Below, piece by piece: positions 13,901-27,379 of a stretch of DNA of 64,000 nucleotides. The translations under genes and the position numbers were made by a program. Origin of the DNA: Anthoceros angustus (Eukaryota > Plantae > Anthocerotophyta); NCBI GenBank assembly GCA_010909165.1, contig MU008183.1:744001-808000 (forward strand), read 5' to 3'. Position 1 is the stretch's first letter, and every line of letters starts with the position of its first letter. The notes below the pieces were generated by a model. The model was given only the letters and a program-made list of their open reading frames with translations. It did no database searches and was not told the origin of the DNA.

Positions 13901-16900
13901 CCCGTCTCGAGACTTGCAGTCTCCGACCTCAGATCCTGTAACTGAACCTTGATCTGGTCAGCCTCCTCTATACAGGAGGAGATAGTGCTCTTTGCTTGGG
14001 CCATCTCTTTGCACATAGCAGCCAGGAGTCTGTCCTTGTCTTGCAGCGCTCCTTCAAGTCTGCAGACTGTAGCTTCCATCTCACGCATTTCCTGCTCTCG
14101 TGTGTCAAGCTCTTGCTCAAGCTGCAGAACAGCTGCCTCTGCCCTTTGTGCTGCATCCTTTTGATCCTTCAACTCAACAGTCGACTCTTGCAGGAGACTT
14201 ATATCGAACTCGAGTCCTCTCTTCAATTCCTCTGTTCTCTGCAGCTTCGACTGAAGTGCAGCATATTCATCCTGGCTCACAGACAGCTTCTTCTTTTCCG
14301 ATTGCCAGGCTTCAGTGTGAGACTTCAGACTCTCATTGGCAGATATGAGCGCCTTCAAGGTGCCCTCCATCTCTCTTAATGTTGACTGCCCATCTTCTAA
14401 CCTCTTCCGCAGGGCTGCTGCCTCAGCTTGCTGCTCTTCAGTCTTCACTCTGGCTTCGTCAAGCTGCAGTAACAAGTTCTCCTTCTCTTGTTGGAAGTGG
14501 CCCTGAGCCTTCGCTAACCTCTCCTGCCCTTCGTGTTCACGACTCACCAAAGTAGTCTTTGCATCCTCCTTTGCCGCAAGGATTGCTTCTTCAAGTCTCT
14601 CAACCTCAGCCACCAGCTGGCTCCTTTCTGAACTCCACGCTTCTGAAGCGTGGTCCATCCTTGATTGGGCTATTTCCAAACATTCAGACACCTGTGAAAG
14701 TTCCTGCTCCAATTGCAGAACTTTCGCCTCCAACTCGATTGCCTCAGATGTCTTTCTGTCGGCGAGAGATTGAGTTGCTTCCAACTGCTGGCGAAGTTCC
14801 TGAATTCTTAGACTCTGTCCTGTTTCGGTGTCAGATAGCAGTGCCTTTTCCGCACAAAGCTCTTGCTTGGCACTTTCTAGCTCGGCCTTCAACCTCGAAG
14901 CATTTTCTAGAAGCTGATTCCTTTCGGTCTTGTAGCCTGATGTATCAGCTTCTGTCTTTGCTAACACTTCTGCCATCAACCCCGAGAGCTGCGCAATCTC
15001 TTGTTCCAGTTGGCTGACTTTTTCTTCTGACTCCAAGGTTCTCTTGCCTGCAGCAGACTGGGTTTCGTCCAACTCCATGCGGAGCTGCATCACTCTCTCC
15101 CTCAGTTCCACCTCTGCTGCGTTCTTGTCAAGTAACTCCCTCATGGCACTGTCCAGAGCAGCCTCCACCTTCAAAGCATTCGCTTGCAGAAGACCCCGTT
15201 CTGTGTTCCATAGCTCAGTATCTCCGTTCATTTTAGCCTCTGCTCCTTCCAACGATTCAGCCAGCTGAGAGATCTCGTGCTGCAGCTCTCTGACTTTGCC
15301 TGTCAGCTCTTCAACCTCAGCAGTTCTCTTCTCCGCGATAGAGTTGGCTTCTTCAGCACGAAGACTCCACCCTGCCTGAGAGTCAGCCATGATCGCACTC
15401 TTAGCAGACAGGTCTTCCTTAGTTGTCTCTAGCTCAGCCTCCAGTCGAGAGACATGTTCTTGCAACTGACTCTTTTCAGAACTCCAAACTCCAGCCTGGG
15501 ACTCTGAAGTTGTCTTCGCTGCTTGCAGCGCCTCAGACAAATCTGTAAGCTCAAGCTCCAGAAGTCTGACTCTGCCTTCCAGCTCCTCTGCCTCAGAGCT
15601 TCTCTTGCCTGCAACTGTCCGGGCCACGAGCAGTTCTTGCGTAGCTGCCTCTAACTGTGTCTCTAAACGGGATACATTTTCCACCAGCTGATGCCTTTCA
15701 TCGTTCCACAATGCTGTGTCAGCTTCTGTCTGCAATTTCGAACCTTCCAACACCCCAGAAAGCTGTGTAAGCTCAACTTCCAGAAGGCTCACTTTGCCCT
15801 CCAACTGCTGTGCCTCCAAGGTTTTCTTGCTAGCTGCAGACTGGGTCTCTTCCAGGTCCAGTCGCAGCTGCTCCACTTCTCGTCTCAAATCCGCCTGTGC
15901 TGAATTTTTCTCACGCATCTCCATCCTAACCGTCTGCAGCTCAACTTCCAACTTGGAGGCGTTTGCTTCATGAGCTTCAGCATCGACTTTCATCTTAACC
16001 TCTGCTTCAGTCAGCTGTTCAGCCAACCGTGAGAGCTCATCACCCAGTTGCCTTTCCTTACCCTCCAGTTGTTGCACTTCACAAGTTCTCGTCTCCGCCA
16101 GAGCCTGTGCCTCTTCCAACTCCAATTGCAGCTCAGTCACCCGGTTTCGCAATCCCGATTCTGTCTCCACCTGGTGAGCCAGAAATTCGCTTTTCTGTGC
16201 AAGCTCCCTCTTCGCTGTCTCAAGCTCGGTCTTTAACTCTCCAACATGTCCTTGAAGAACTTCAGCCTTGCTGCTCTTCTCACTTGCCTCACTTCGAGCT
16301 TCACTAAGCTCCGCCAAGAGCACCTCAAGCTTGTGTGTCCAGCTGCCTTGTGCAGCATCTTCTCTCTGTTTCAACACATCCCGCTCCACAGGTTCAGCTT
16401 GGGAAGTTTCAACGCCCTGGCTCTCCTCGTTGCCGTCACCTGCAGCGTCTTCACAGAAGTCCCGAGGCTTCCTCACAGAAGTGAAAGCTGCATTCACCGT
16501 CTCCTCGGCCTGCCGCAACTCTGCCTCATACTCCTCCTGGTTCAAACTGAGCCTCAAATTCTCAGACTTGGACTTCTCGTTAGCCCGGATGAGCGCATTC
16601 ATAATCCGCTCCAGCTCCATCAACGTGGACTGTCCCTCCTGAAAGCGTTTCAGAAGCGTTGCAGCCTCAGAGCCTTTTTCCCTGGCTTCCAATCTGGCCT
16701 CATTCAAATCCAAAAGAAGCTGATCCTTCTCCCTCCTCCACTTCCTCTTCAGGTCGTGAATGTTCTCGTCTTTAGCTTCCAACGCCCTCTGCACATTCTC
16801 AAGCTCCAACTCGAGATTCGCAATTCGACACTTGAGCTTCTCAGTGCCTTCATCTGCCCCCAGGCTCTTGGCTTCCGAGACACCACTGTGTTCCCTCCCA

Positions 16901-19900
16901 TTCTTACGACTGTCCTGGGCCAGTGACAGTCTCTGCCTTGTTTCCAACAACAACCTTGACAATCTAGTTAATTCAGCCTCGAGGCTGTCTTGAGCGGCTT
17001 TCGCCCCCTCAAGGCTGCCAGTCAGGCTCTGCTTCTCAGCATTCCACGACTCACGCTCCTGGTGATGAGAACGCTCGCCCTCGGCCCTTGATGCCTCCTG
17101 CCGCTCCAGCTGAAGCTCCAAGCTGGAAATCGTAGAACCTAGTTCCGCAGTATGTTCCTGAGCGGTCTCCACTGCCAGTCTCAGACGCTGTCGCTCAGCA
17201 GCAAGCGTCTCCCTCTCTTGTTCCCATTGTGACTCCTTGCATCGAATTCCATCCTCTGCAGCCTGCAGACTGCTCGTCAGCTCCTGCAATTCCGCTTCCA
17301 TTATTGCAAGCCTCTCTGCTAGCCTGCAAGCTTCAGCGGTTCCGTTAGCGGAGTCTGCCTTGGCCTTAGCAAGATCGGCAGAGAGCTGTTTTTGCTCCAC
17401 CGTCCACTGAAGAGCAGCGGAGCATGATTGGTTCAGGGATAGCGTCAAGCTCGCCACCTCAAGATCCAACTGCTGAATTCTGCCTTGGAGCTCGTCCACC
17501 TCAGAAGCCTTCCTGGTTCTATCATTCCTCGTCTCCTCCAGCTGCAGCTGGACTTCCTCCAGCCTCCTCGCCCAAGTTGTCTCTGCCTGGGCAGTGCTTG
17601 AAGTCTTCTCGACAAGCGTTCTCCTTGCAGTCTCCAACTCTGCCTCCAACAGCTCAGTCTTACTTCCCTTCTCCTTTGCCTCTCCTAATTCAGCTGCAAT
17701 CAGGTTCATCTCCTCACCCTGCTGGGAAAGAGCAGCCTTCAGATCCTCCACCTCAGATTCCAAGAGGGCAGCCTTGCTTCCCTTCTGCTTTTCCTGCACC
17801 AATTCTGCTGAAATTACGTTCATCTCGTCAGCCTGCTGGGAGAGAGCAGCCTTCATGTCCTCCACCTCAGATTCCAAGAGAGCAGCCCGGTCGTGCAATT
17901 CACAGAAATTGTCCTGTTTGTTCCTCACGAACACTAGGGCAGCATATGCCTTCCTCTCAGCCTCACCACACTTCAACTCCAGCTGCAGCATCTCGGCTTG
18001 CAATTCGGTAGCTTTCCTGGACATGATGTCTGCAGCATCGCTGAGCACGATAATCTGCTCCTTCAGTTCTGCCTTCTCCTGTTGGTGAGACTGGTGGAAC
18101 TCTGACACGGACTTGCTGAAAGCCCGGAGCTCAGCTTCAGTGTCCCTAGCCAGACAATGCGCGCTCTGGAGCTTCTTCTGCATAATCTCCAAAGGCCTGC
18201 CCCTATCAGCCACTTTGAAGGAAGAACGGACAGAGCCGTGATCGACAGTCATCCTCTGAGAGAACGTTTCCTCGATGATCTCATCCATCTCTAAGGACGC
18301 ATCAAACAATGCCTGGTCACCTTCAGCAAGATATTCTGCCAGCTTCGCGGTGGCAGCTTCCCACTCTCTTCGCAGCGTCTCATTTTGCTGTTCCTGGTCC
18401 TTTAACATCAGCTTCAAATCATCAAGCTCAGCCGTTAACTGGCGGATTGTCTCTGCTGCCGATGCCTCGGCTGCTGCCCCTTCCTGCATGTCCAGCAGTT
18501 CGGACTGCAACGCAGTGATTGTTCTTGCCGTCTCCGTCTCAGCTTGCGCGCGGGTGGTGTCCATGTCTCGTTCCCTGGCCAGCTGGGCAGCATGTTGCGC
18601 TTGCAGCCTCTCGTTCAAGCGTTGCGCTTGCTCGAGCTCCCTTCTGCTTTCATCCAGCCTACCCTCCAGTGCAGACTTCCATGTCCCGTCATATGCTCCG
18701 CTCCTCTGCTCCTCCGCGGACCTGGTATGGAACTCGGCCTCAAGCTTCTTCAGCTCGTTTGTTTTCCTCAGTTCAAATCGAAGGTGATGAACTTGCTCTT
18801 CGAGCAGCTTGTTCTGTTCCTCACTCTTCTGTAAGCTCACAACTGACTCCTCCAGCTCCCGAATGGTGAACACCTGCTGACCCTCCATAGCCTCCACCAC
18901 AGCCTTTTCCTCGTTCAGCTTCTCCGTCAATTCCCCAACCTGCTGGCTGAGCTCTGCACATCTTTCCTCCAGGACTTTCCTTTGCGTCTGCTCTTCCTCA
19001 AGCATCGCCTCGTAGGACTCGATTTCCAACTGCAGTTGCATGACCTCCTCGGAATGCCTCATCTCAAGGGAATGCACTTTCTGCATTCGTCCAGAACAGC
19101 TCGCATCTCCTGACCTGTCATCCCCATCCCCATCGCCTCCAGCTGTTGCTGTCACCGACAACTTCTCGATCAGACTGCGGGCTTCCTGAAGCTGAGTCTT
19201 GAGCTCCTCAAGTTCCATTTGGACCTCGTCCTTTTCCTCGTCACCTGCAATAGTGGGCTGTGGCTCCTCCTGTTGGTCCAGCTCAATCCTCTCCTCCCGA
19301 TTCTGCTCTGGTGATAACATCCGGATCGCAGTTTGAGCCTTCAAATCAACCTCTTTTTGCTGCCACATAGCAGCCACCTCCTGAACATTGGACAGGGATT
19401 CCCTCTGCTGCAAAGCCCTCTCCTCCGTCTCCATCCTCAATCGCTTTACCGAAGCTTGAGCAAAGAATGCAGTTTCCTGGACATGCTTCCGCAGCCCCTC
19501 TGCTTCCTTCATACCATCTTCCAGCTGTCGTTCCACCTGCAATCTCAACTCAGTCTCTTGCTCCCGCAGCGCAATTTCCTGCTGAACCCGCTCTTGTTCC
19601 TGCACAAAGAGCCAAACAACCCATCAAACATCACCATCCATCCTGAGTCGCTCTCCTCCCCTTTACGACATGCACAAACCTTCTTCAACTCTTCCTCCAG
19701 CCGAGCCACGACGTCCCTGCTCTTCACAAGCTGCTCTTCGAGCTCCTCGACTCTCTCTTGGTTGGACGCCCTCGCCTACCAAGACAGAAGACAAAATCAC
19801 CCGTCTCCAGCATCAAAACAACAATCACCCACCTCCAGCATCAAAACAGCATAAAACCAGTCCCAATCATCTTCGTCGCAATCAGCATGGCCATCAACAC

Positions 19901-22900
19901 ACCTTCATCGCCTCCAATTCCCTGTCCTGATCAGCCTGAAACCCAGAAATCTTCACCTCCATTTCATCAATTTGTCTGCACCAACAAAACGAAATCAGAC
20001 ACCAAAATCCCACATCAGCAGAGCAGCAATCAAAGCCACAACCCATCACATCCACCCACCTGGTCATCTTGGCATTCGACTCCAGGCAGCTATTTAAGTT
20101 ACTCCGATACTCGTCAATCTGTCGCCGGTAATTCTCCACCTCCAGATGCAGCAGCTCATTCTCACGCACAGCTGAAGCGAGCTCGGGAGCCAGAGCCTCC
20201 CTCTGCCAATTGAACAACCCAGCCGTCGCAGGATGAGCATCATCACAAGGCATGGCCACACAAACACAACCACCCGAACACTCCACGAGCCCGCTCCCCT
20301 TCACCAAAAACACGCCACCCTCAAGGCGACATGAATGCGGTTGGGGGGAAACGGGGCATCCTTAGCCACGAGGTCTGGGAGCGGGTGCAACCTGGGAGAT
20401 TGTGAGCGTCCCCGCGCATTCATCGAGGAGCTTTCCATCCAGCACTTCAAGCAGCTGTTGCAAGCGAGAAAGCAAGACCGGGATGAGTCAGACCGTGGGC
20501 ATGTACATACCGGGAACCGATCCGGTGCAGAAGCCAGCAGCAGCGGTCCAGGCATCGGGATCCGGGACCTGCAGCTGACTGCCACCCAATGCTTCTTCTG
20601 CGCGCTTCCCACGTGCAGCAGGAGCATTGGGTGAGCGTGTCAGGGAGGACAGGATCCCGTGACCCGGAGTTCCTTCCGCTTGGCCACACGCTTCCCAGTC
20701 CTGTTTGTGCAATAAAGCGCCATACCCGCATGCCCACCTCCAAAACGCATCCCACCACGTACCTGGTCACGGAGACTGGCCACCTCTTCCACCAGAATTT
20801 CCCGTTCCCCGCCTTCGTAAAACTCCTGGTATCTGCGGGGAGCAAGGCAGGCGTGATGTCGGGCAGTCTGATCCAACCAATGCCGAGGCTTGACTCGCGG
20901 GCTGTGGGATGTTTACCTCCTGAGATCCTCCATGAGTCGGATGTTCTCCATAGCGAATCTCGTGAGCTCGGGATTCCTGTCGATCCGAGCACGGACCAGC
21001 TGCAGCTCTTCTTGCAAAGCATTTTTCTCTTCCATCAGATAATCTTGTGCTGGCAGGATGCCGTCTGCGACTAATTCCAGCCTCCTGATCTTGTCTTCCC
21101 GGAAGCGTAGCATCATCTTCCCGCACTGAGTGTCCTCTTCCCTTTGCCGTACCTGCAATCATGGCACGGATCAAAACCTGGGGAAGCCAACTGGTGATCA
21201 TCAGGTGGAGAAGGAGACTCATTCCGCGGGAGGAAGACTGACCAGGCGATTGAGTTGTTCGATTTCGGCAGCAAGCCGTTTGCTTGCATTCTCTGCTTCC
21301 TGCTCTCTTCTGAGAGAGCCTGCTAGCACAGCTTCGACATGCCTCATCTGACAAGCCGTCAGGCTGTCAGTGCTCTGAATGGACTGACTTGCAGCAAGGA
21401 ATTTGATGATTTCCGCTCACCTTTTTCGATGACATGTGTCGGAACTTTGCTGAGTCCCATGAAGAATCAACAGATCTCCGAAGAGTATCGCTGGCATTGA
21501 CACCTATTATGGCCATGGAGGCGTCATCGTATCCCTGAGCCGACTCTCGAAGAGGGAGGGATGACCGAATTGATGGGGTTCTCGACACACTTTGTCGACG
21601 CAGTCGATTCAACTCATCCTGGTTGACGTTCATGGAGTCAGTGAGAGGAGACGGGAACATCGGTTGAGAGCAGCATCTGGTTACAAGAAGCTGATTACCT
21701 TGAGCTGTTGAATCTGTTGCCGCAAAGCAAGGACATCTCCAGAAGCATCCTCGTTCACCACAGCCTGCAGAAACAAGAGCTTTGTTTTAACAACCTGACT
21801 AACAGGAAACGGCGCAGTCATTTAAAGCAGCGATTGATCCTTGCAACACAGGATAAAACAGCAGCTCAATTACGTTGTTGCGAATGAATTTAGCTCGCTG
21901 CGCGAATTTGAGGGTGCTGAGGGTCTCTAGTGCACAGCTGAATGTCGAGGACAAAGTCAGGAGGAAGGCCAGCTAAACAGATTGTGACAACGAAAATGCA
22001 GAAACATGAGAAATCGCCTGCACGCACCAGCCTGATGGGCTGACGTTGGCGATGATGGTTGTCTTCGAGTTACCGCCAAGAGAATCCTGAACACACGATT
22101 GCATAAGCCTAATACTTCTCACATCATCAACGATAACACTATCTGGAGCAGAGATTCAAGGCAAATGGTCCGGAAACGGCAGCAACCTGAAGAAGGAAGG
22201 TGAGTTTGGAATCTCGATATGGTACATGTCGCTGCTTCCCGTTTGCAACATCAACTAGAACCATAATAACAAGTCTGAAAACAAACACAACACCTTAGCA
22301 TGTTGCAGGGGCGTCCATCCTGGACATGACGGCATTGAGAGAGAACCGTACCCCAAAGTAGAGAGAGATTTGTTAATGTTCGCTGCTTCCTTGAGCCGTT
22401 CACCCTCAGCCCCTGAACTCTTTTGTCTGAAGCCAGCATCCGCAGTTCAATGTACAATCCCTTCGCCTTGCAACACACGGAGACGAAGTTGGTAGGGAAG
22501 TTCAGGATTCACCTCTCTGACCCAGCAAGGTCCACAAGATTCAGACGCCCGAACCTCGTGTTCACCATCGAATCACTCTCCCACTGCACCATAACCCACA
22601 AACAGAAGCATTAGCGCAAAAGGAAGCGTTCACATCCGGCACTTCACCTATAACTCTTGTCGATAACGTGCTATCCAAAGAAGGGAAACTCACCTTGCTC
22701 TCCACCACACAGGTGAAAACACTGTGAGATCTACTGCTCTCTCTGTTCATGTTTGTTGCTGCAACTTTCCTGTTCGCCGCTCCCTGATACAACAACACCA
22801 GGCATGAGCACTGTGTGAATGGCTTGTTGTCCAGAGGACCCGATCTCAAGCCGATTATGGAATACCTGCAACAGCAACTGGATCACATCTTGGACTCCCA

Positions 22901-24885
22901 AAACCTCAACTTCGGTGAGGTTCTCCACATAGACACCTTTCTTGGCATCCTCCCTCATCTGCACGTCGAGGTGCAATAGTGGTAAGCCCGTGCACACAGG
23001 CTAAAGACCTCGGACGGGCAGCCTAGTGGATGCAGCCTTACTTGCAAATTGCACGACGCGGGCTCCAGAAGATCGGTGATCTGTTCATTGTATATCTCCA
23101 GGAATGAGCACTTGCAGAGGTACTTCAGTCGCTCATGTCGGCGTACTTCCTCTTCCTGCCAGCCAAAACGATGAAAGCATGAGTTTAGAGGAAAGAATGT
23201 GCTGCCATACACTAGACTCACGTGAGATAAGGCTTACATGGCGAATCCTTGCGAACAGGTACTCAAACACACGGGGAGTCATTCCGCGGTTGCTGCTAGG
23301 ACGATTGTTGTCCAAGCCATCGATGTCTCCCAGCATGGTATGTGTCTTACCACTTCCCGTCTGAGAACATGAGATTCGCCCAACCAACTCCGTAAGATGC
23401 TTTCAAACCATGTTGCAAAGGAAGGACACAAATTTTGAATATGCAGAGAAACTGACCTGCCCATACGCAAACATGCAGCTGTTGTAGCCAGAAATGCAGT
23501 TGTCCACCATAGGCAGACCAGCAACATGAAAAAGCTTTTCCTGCAACGCGTGAAAGCCTCTTGGTCAGCTTGCAGCATTCCAGTATGCCGAGAAGTACCA
23601 CCATGTCTGACAACAGAGAACCTGAGAGCAGAGGAGTGGGGCATACCTGACTTATGCTTTCACAAGCCACATGATCAAAGGTAAAGCGAGCTTCTGGCTG
23701 GCCTAACCACGTGATCGTATGGGCACTCTCTTGTTTAAGGCATCTAGCATAGCCTTGAGCGGAAATCTCAGAACTGCTAAGTGGACGAGTTCGGATGAGC
23801 ACCTGCACAATGCAAAGACATGATAAGCACGAGCCATTTGTAGTCCAGAATCACAAGACTCCCTGCACAGCGAGCACCATTCCAGTTGACACCACTGCAG
23901 CTCACCTGCACATTATGATCCCTCCAAAACATGGGATCCTCCTCCAGATCAAACTGTACGTCAGTGACCATACTGCTGCTGGGAGCAGCAACACTAGATT
24001 TGGCAGGTTGTGCCGAACTTGGTGGCCGAGGAGCTACATTCTGAGAAACCTGTGAGCGACCACTCACTGGAACCCCTGTAGCACCACCATACTTAAGTGC
24101 CCTGGACACACTTCTTGCAGGGGTTGGCAAGGGAGCCACTGACCCCAAAACTGTGCCATTCTCTGCATCACCATTTTGCCGGATGCTACTGAGTCGTTTT
24201 GGGGGGGTCAAAGGATTTGAGCCGGCTGCAGCAGCATTCTGGTTGGCCATTACTGGTTGAGCGTCCGCCCCATTCACCTGCCTAGCCAATCCTCGACTGG
24301 GGGTAGTCACCTCAACAGTAGGGACAGAGGGAGACCGTTTCAAGCCCCCAACCGCACCTGCAAAATGCAGAGGGTGGCAAAGGTGACGAAAGACCATCAA
24401 GCAAGGCAACACGCCCATCTCCATGCACACCCACCAAAACGACATCCCGGCACCGCACATAACCTCAACAGGAACTTACCAGTAACAACACACTCCACAG
24501 CAGGAGCAGAATTGTGCCTCTGGTGCCAGGTAAACCTGCTCTTGGACACCTGTGCCACGGGGGCTGCAGAAGAGGACAGCACATGTTTCTCCGGCGTCAC
24601 AGCTGCCTCAGAATTCTCCAAATGCGGGAAACTCCCACCTCCCAGACCTGACCCCGCCACTTTCTTCTTCGGAGTACCCGGATCCACTTTTCTTGGAGAC
24701 AACCCACCACCGTACCCGTCTCCAGCCACCGGATTGAACGCACTCTCCGGAATAGAGCTCAACGGAGCCCTCCCTGTTCCCGAGCCCCCGCCCTTGGCCT
24801 GAACCGCATCCGCGCTCAAATCCTGCGCCGGTTTCTTCGGCGAACCTCTGGAGAACAACCGGAGAGGGGAAACGCCCTTCACCAT
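10933..24885 (-). CDS. KIN12: Kinesin-12, phragmoplast-orienting kinesin (POK1/POK2) type, estimated over 3,000 aa
   Basis: ATG at 24885. POK-like N-terminal [10 protein letters not shown] and SKSRFTW. Motor motifs [68 protein letters not shown]. 6,066-bp coiled-coil exon 13534-19599. C-terminal ...[12 protein letters not shown]...EDR* with TAG at 10933-10935. Confidence 0.95.
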
Positions 24886-26179
24886 CTTCTCCACCCCTCC
24901 TCCCTAAAGAGCTCAAATTGCCCACCGCCCCTCACCGCAAATCCGACCACGACATCTCACAATCCCGACACCCCCAATTCCGCCCACAAGCTCCGTCCAG
25001 CCCGAATCAATTCCCTCTTCCAAACCCACCTCCCACCTCACCGCAAAAATGCGCACCGAACCAGCCCAAGAAACCTGCACCACCAAGAACGCAGCAGCAG
25101 CGAGCCCAGACTCTGCTCCAATTCCCAGGGGGCCGGGGAGCCCCTCAGTCCGTCGAGGACGAGCTCTGGGACTGCGACCCGGGGCCCCAGAAGAAGGCAG
25201 CCTTCTCGCCCATTGCACGGACGGACGCAGGCCGTGTGGAAGAATTGCAGAGGAGGACTGGAGGGGCCGGGACTAGCTGGGAGGAAGTAGAGTAGAGCAC
25301 TGCAGGAGAGCAACGGCCATTTCGGTGATGCCAGAGATGGACAGTAGTGCGAGAGGGCAATCTTGGCCTTGGCTGGCTGCCTGCTCTGCTCGCAGTCGCG
25401 CAGGCAGGCGGGCCTGGATGTGCTGAATGCAAGCACGGCAAATGAAAGAAAGCGTGCCGATTTGAACGACGGAGCGTGTTTTCCCCCGTAATTATGTGCT
25501 CTCCTGTTGCCTGTTCCACAAAGGGGGACCGGGGTACGTACGAGCAGCAACGGGAAGAAGCCGTGACTCCCTGGCCGATTTGAATTGCAACGGTCGCTAA
25601 CGGCACTGCTGCCTTAACGGCTAGTGCGTGCCCGTTCTGACAGCGCACCCAATCTTCACGCAGCCTTTCTATACACGCACATTGCTATTTCGCGGAGTCC
25701 ACTCCACAAACAGCGTTTCTTTCGTCCATGGCGATTCCACCACAACTTACACAGCTTGCAGGAGTCTTTGTTCCTGCTTACCTGTTCGCTTCAGGCCCAC
25801 ACTCTACTCTAACGATTTTAATCATGTAAACAAATGTAAAAGTTAGCATTAAGCTGTAACTTTTAAATTTCGTTAAAATTTATAATTATTGATAATTTTA
25901 TGGGCACTAATTACACATTGAGTACCTTCTCGTTATACCATGTAATAATTTACTTCAACTTATCTGCATGTGGAAATGGAATTTTAGTTCCTAGGTTTGA
26001 GATTTGGGAAAAAACAAAATGTTGATGAATGTCGACATCTTAAAGCCTCTCAAATCTAAAGTGGTGATGACCTCTCGAACATGATGGATGTCCTAATTCA
26101 AATTGATTAAGCAAAGAGGCAATGATCAGAGGGAAGAGGGAAGAGGTCACACGAGGCCTCATGATCTATAAGATAGCCC

Positions 26180-26450
26180 AATATGAGAAGAGTGAATGAT
26201 CTTTCTCAAAAAAAACTTCCATTTTGTACCAAATAGACAAATGTGCGAAGGGTGAATGATCTTCCTAAAAAAAAACTTTCACATCGTACCTTGTAAGGGA
26301 ATATGAGAAGAATGAATGATCTTTCTCAAGAAAAAATTTCACTTTGTTAGGAGTTTATAGCCCATAAGTGATAAAACCTGACCCGATAAGAGTGAATGAT
26401 CTTTCTCAAGAAAAAACTTTCACTTTGTTAGGAGGTTGCAGCGTATATGA
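26180..26450. repeat. Four degenerate copies of a motif of about 45 bp (gagtgaatgatctttctcaa.aaaaaactttc) in AT-rich intergenic DNA
   Basis: Motif visible near 26190, 26252, 26312 and 26390. Confidence 0.65.
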
Positions 26451-26757
26451 GTGACAGGTATTCTAGACTTGGAGTGTGGTGTAACAATTGACATTACCAA
26501 AACATGACCGACGAACCAATGTGAACGGTTAAAGCCATTCATAGAGCCCAAAAGCGATTCATAGAGCCCCCATGGGTTTGTGACGTCCGCATTGTATGGT
26601 ACAAATGTGTAAGCTCACCACTGTCAAAAGGTTCAGTTTTGGGGAAAAAAAGTGGAAAAAATTAATCAAATTAATAAAAAAAGTAAAAGAGGGTAAAAGA
26701 AGTTGAATAAAGAAGATAAGAAGGCAAGCACCTTAAATGGTTATTTATGGGTTTTTC

Positions 26758-26782
26758 TCCATCGTTTTTTCCCTCAATAAAA
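26758..26782. repeat. Dispersed repeat; identical 25-mer also at 35908-35932
   Basis: tccatcgttttttccctcaataaaa is identical at both sites, each at the edge of an AT-rich block. Confidence 0.75.
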
Positions 26783-27379
26783 CATAACCAACAAGTAGAC
26801 ACACAAAAAACAATCTAGACACACAAAAAACAATCTTGAGACTGTACATACTTATCAATTGAATAAAATATTTCAGAGTAGTTATCTTCAAAAATATAGA
26901 CCCTGGAGACTTTATTATGAAAAAGAGATGGGAAAACCCATCTACCCGAAAACCCATCTACCCCAAGGGAAGAGAGGGAACACACCTTAGGAGAGCACTA
27001 GACCATAGAGGACTAAACCCTGTTGTCGTCAAAGTAGACCATAGGAACTAACCCTTGTTGTTACCAAAGCATACCATAAGTCTGTTGTCGCCAATCTTGT
27101 AACTACTACCCTTTATCTTTAAAATACAGACTAAAATTTATGGTTGTTGAAATGAATGTTTTAAAAATTGTGGGTCTATCATACACGCCCTAATAAATGG
27201 TTGGTTTGAGACCGCTACAAAGGTTCCCAACTAGGGGGCTTGGGCTCAGATCTGTGCTTCGATGGGCACGCCGTTCTAGTGACACAATCAACGCAAACCT
27301 GCACTTCCTCAGAAGCATGACGTTGAGGTGATATTCGACAAAGAATGTGGGAGGCCCCTGACCCTTTGGCTTGTGTTGT

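Noticed and set aside
13579-18869. Many plus-strand ORFs of 100-226 aa opposite the kinesin exon
   Set aside because: Antisense shadows of a Glu/Leu/Ala/Gln-rich coiled-coil exon, with no domain motifs.
24913-25650. Several GC-rich ORFs upstream of the kinesin ATG
   Set aside because: They look like 5' UTR or promoter sequence with overlapping low-complexity ORFs on both strands and no motifs.
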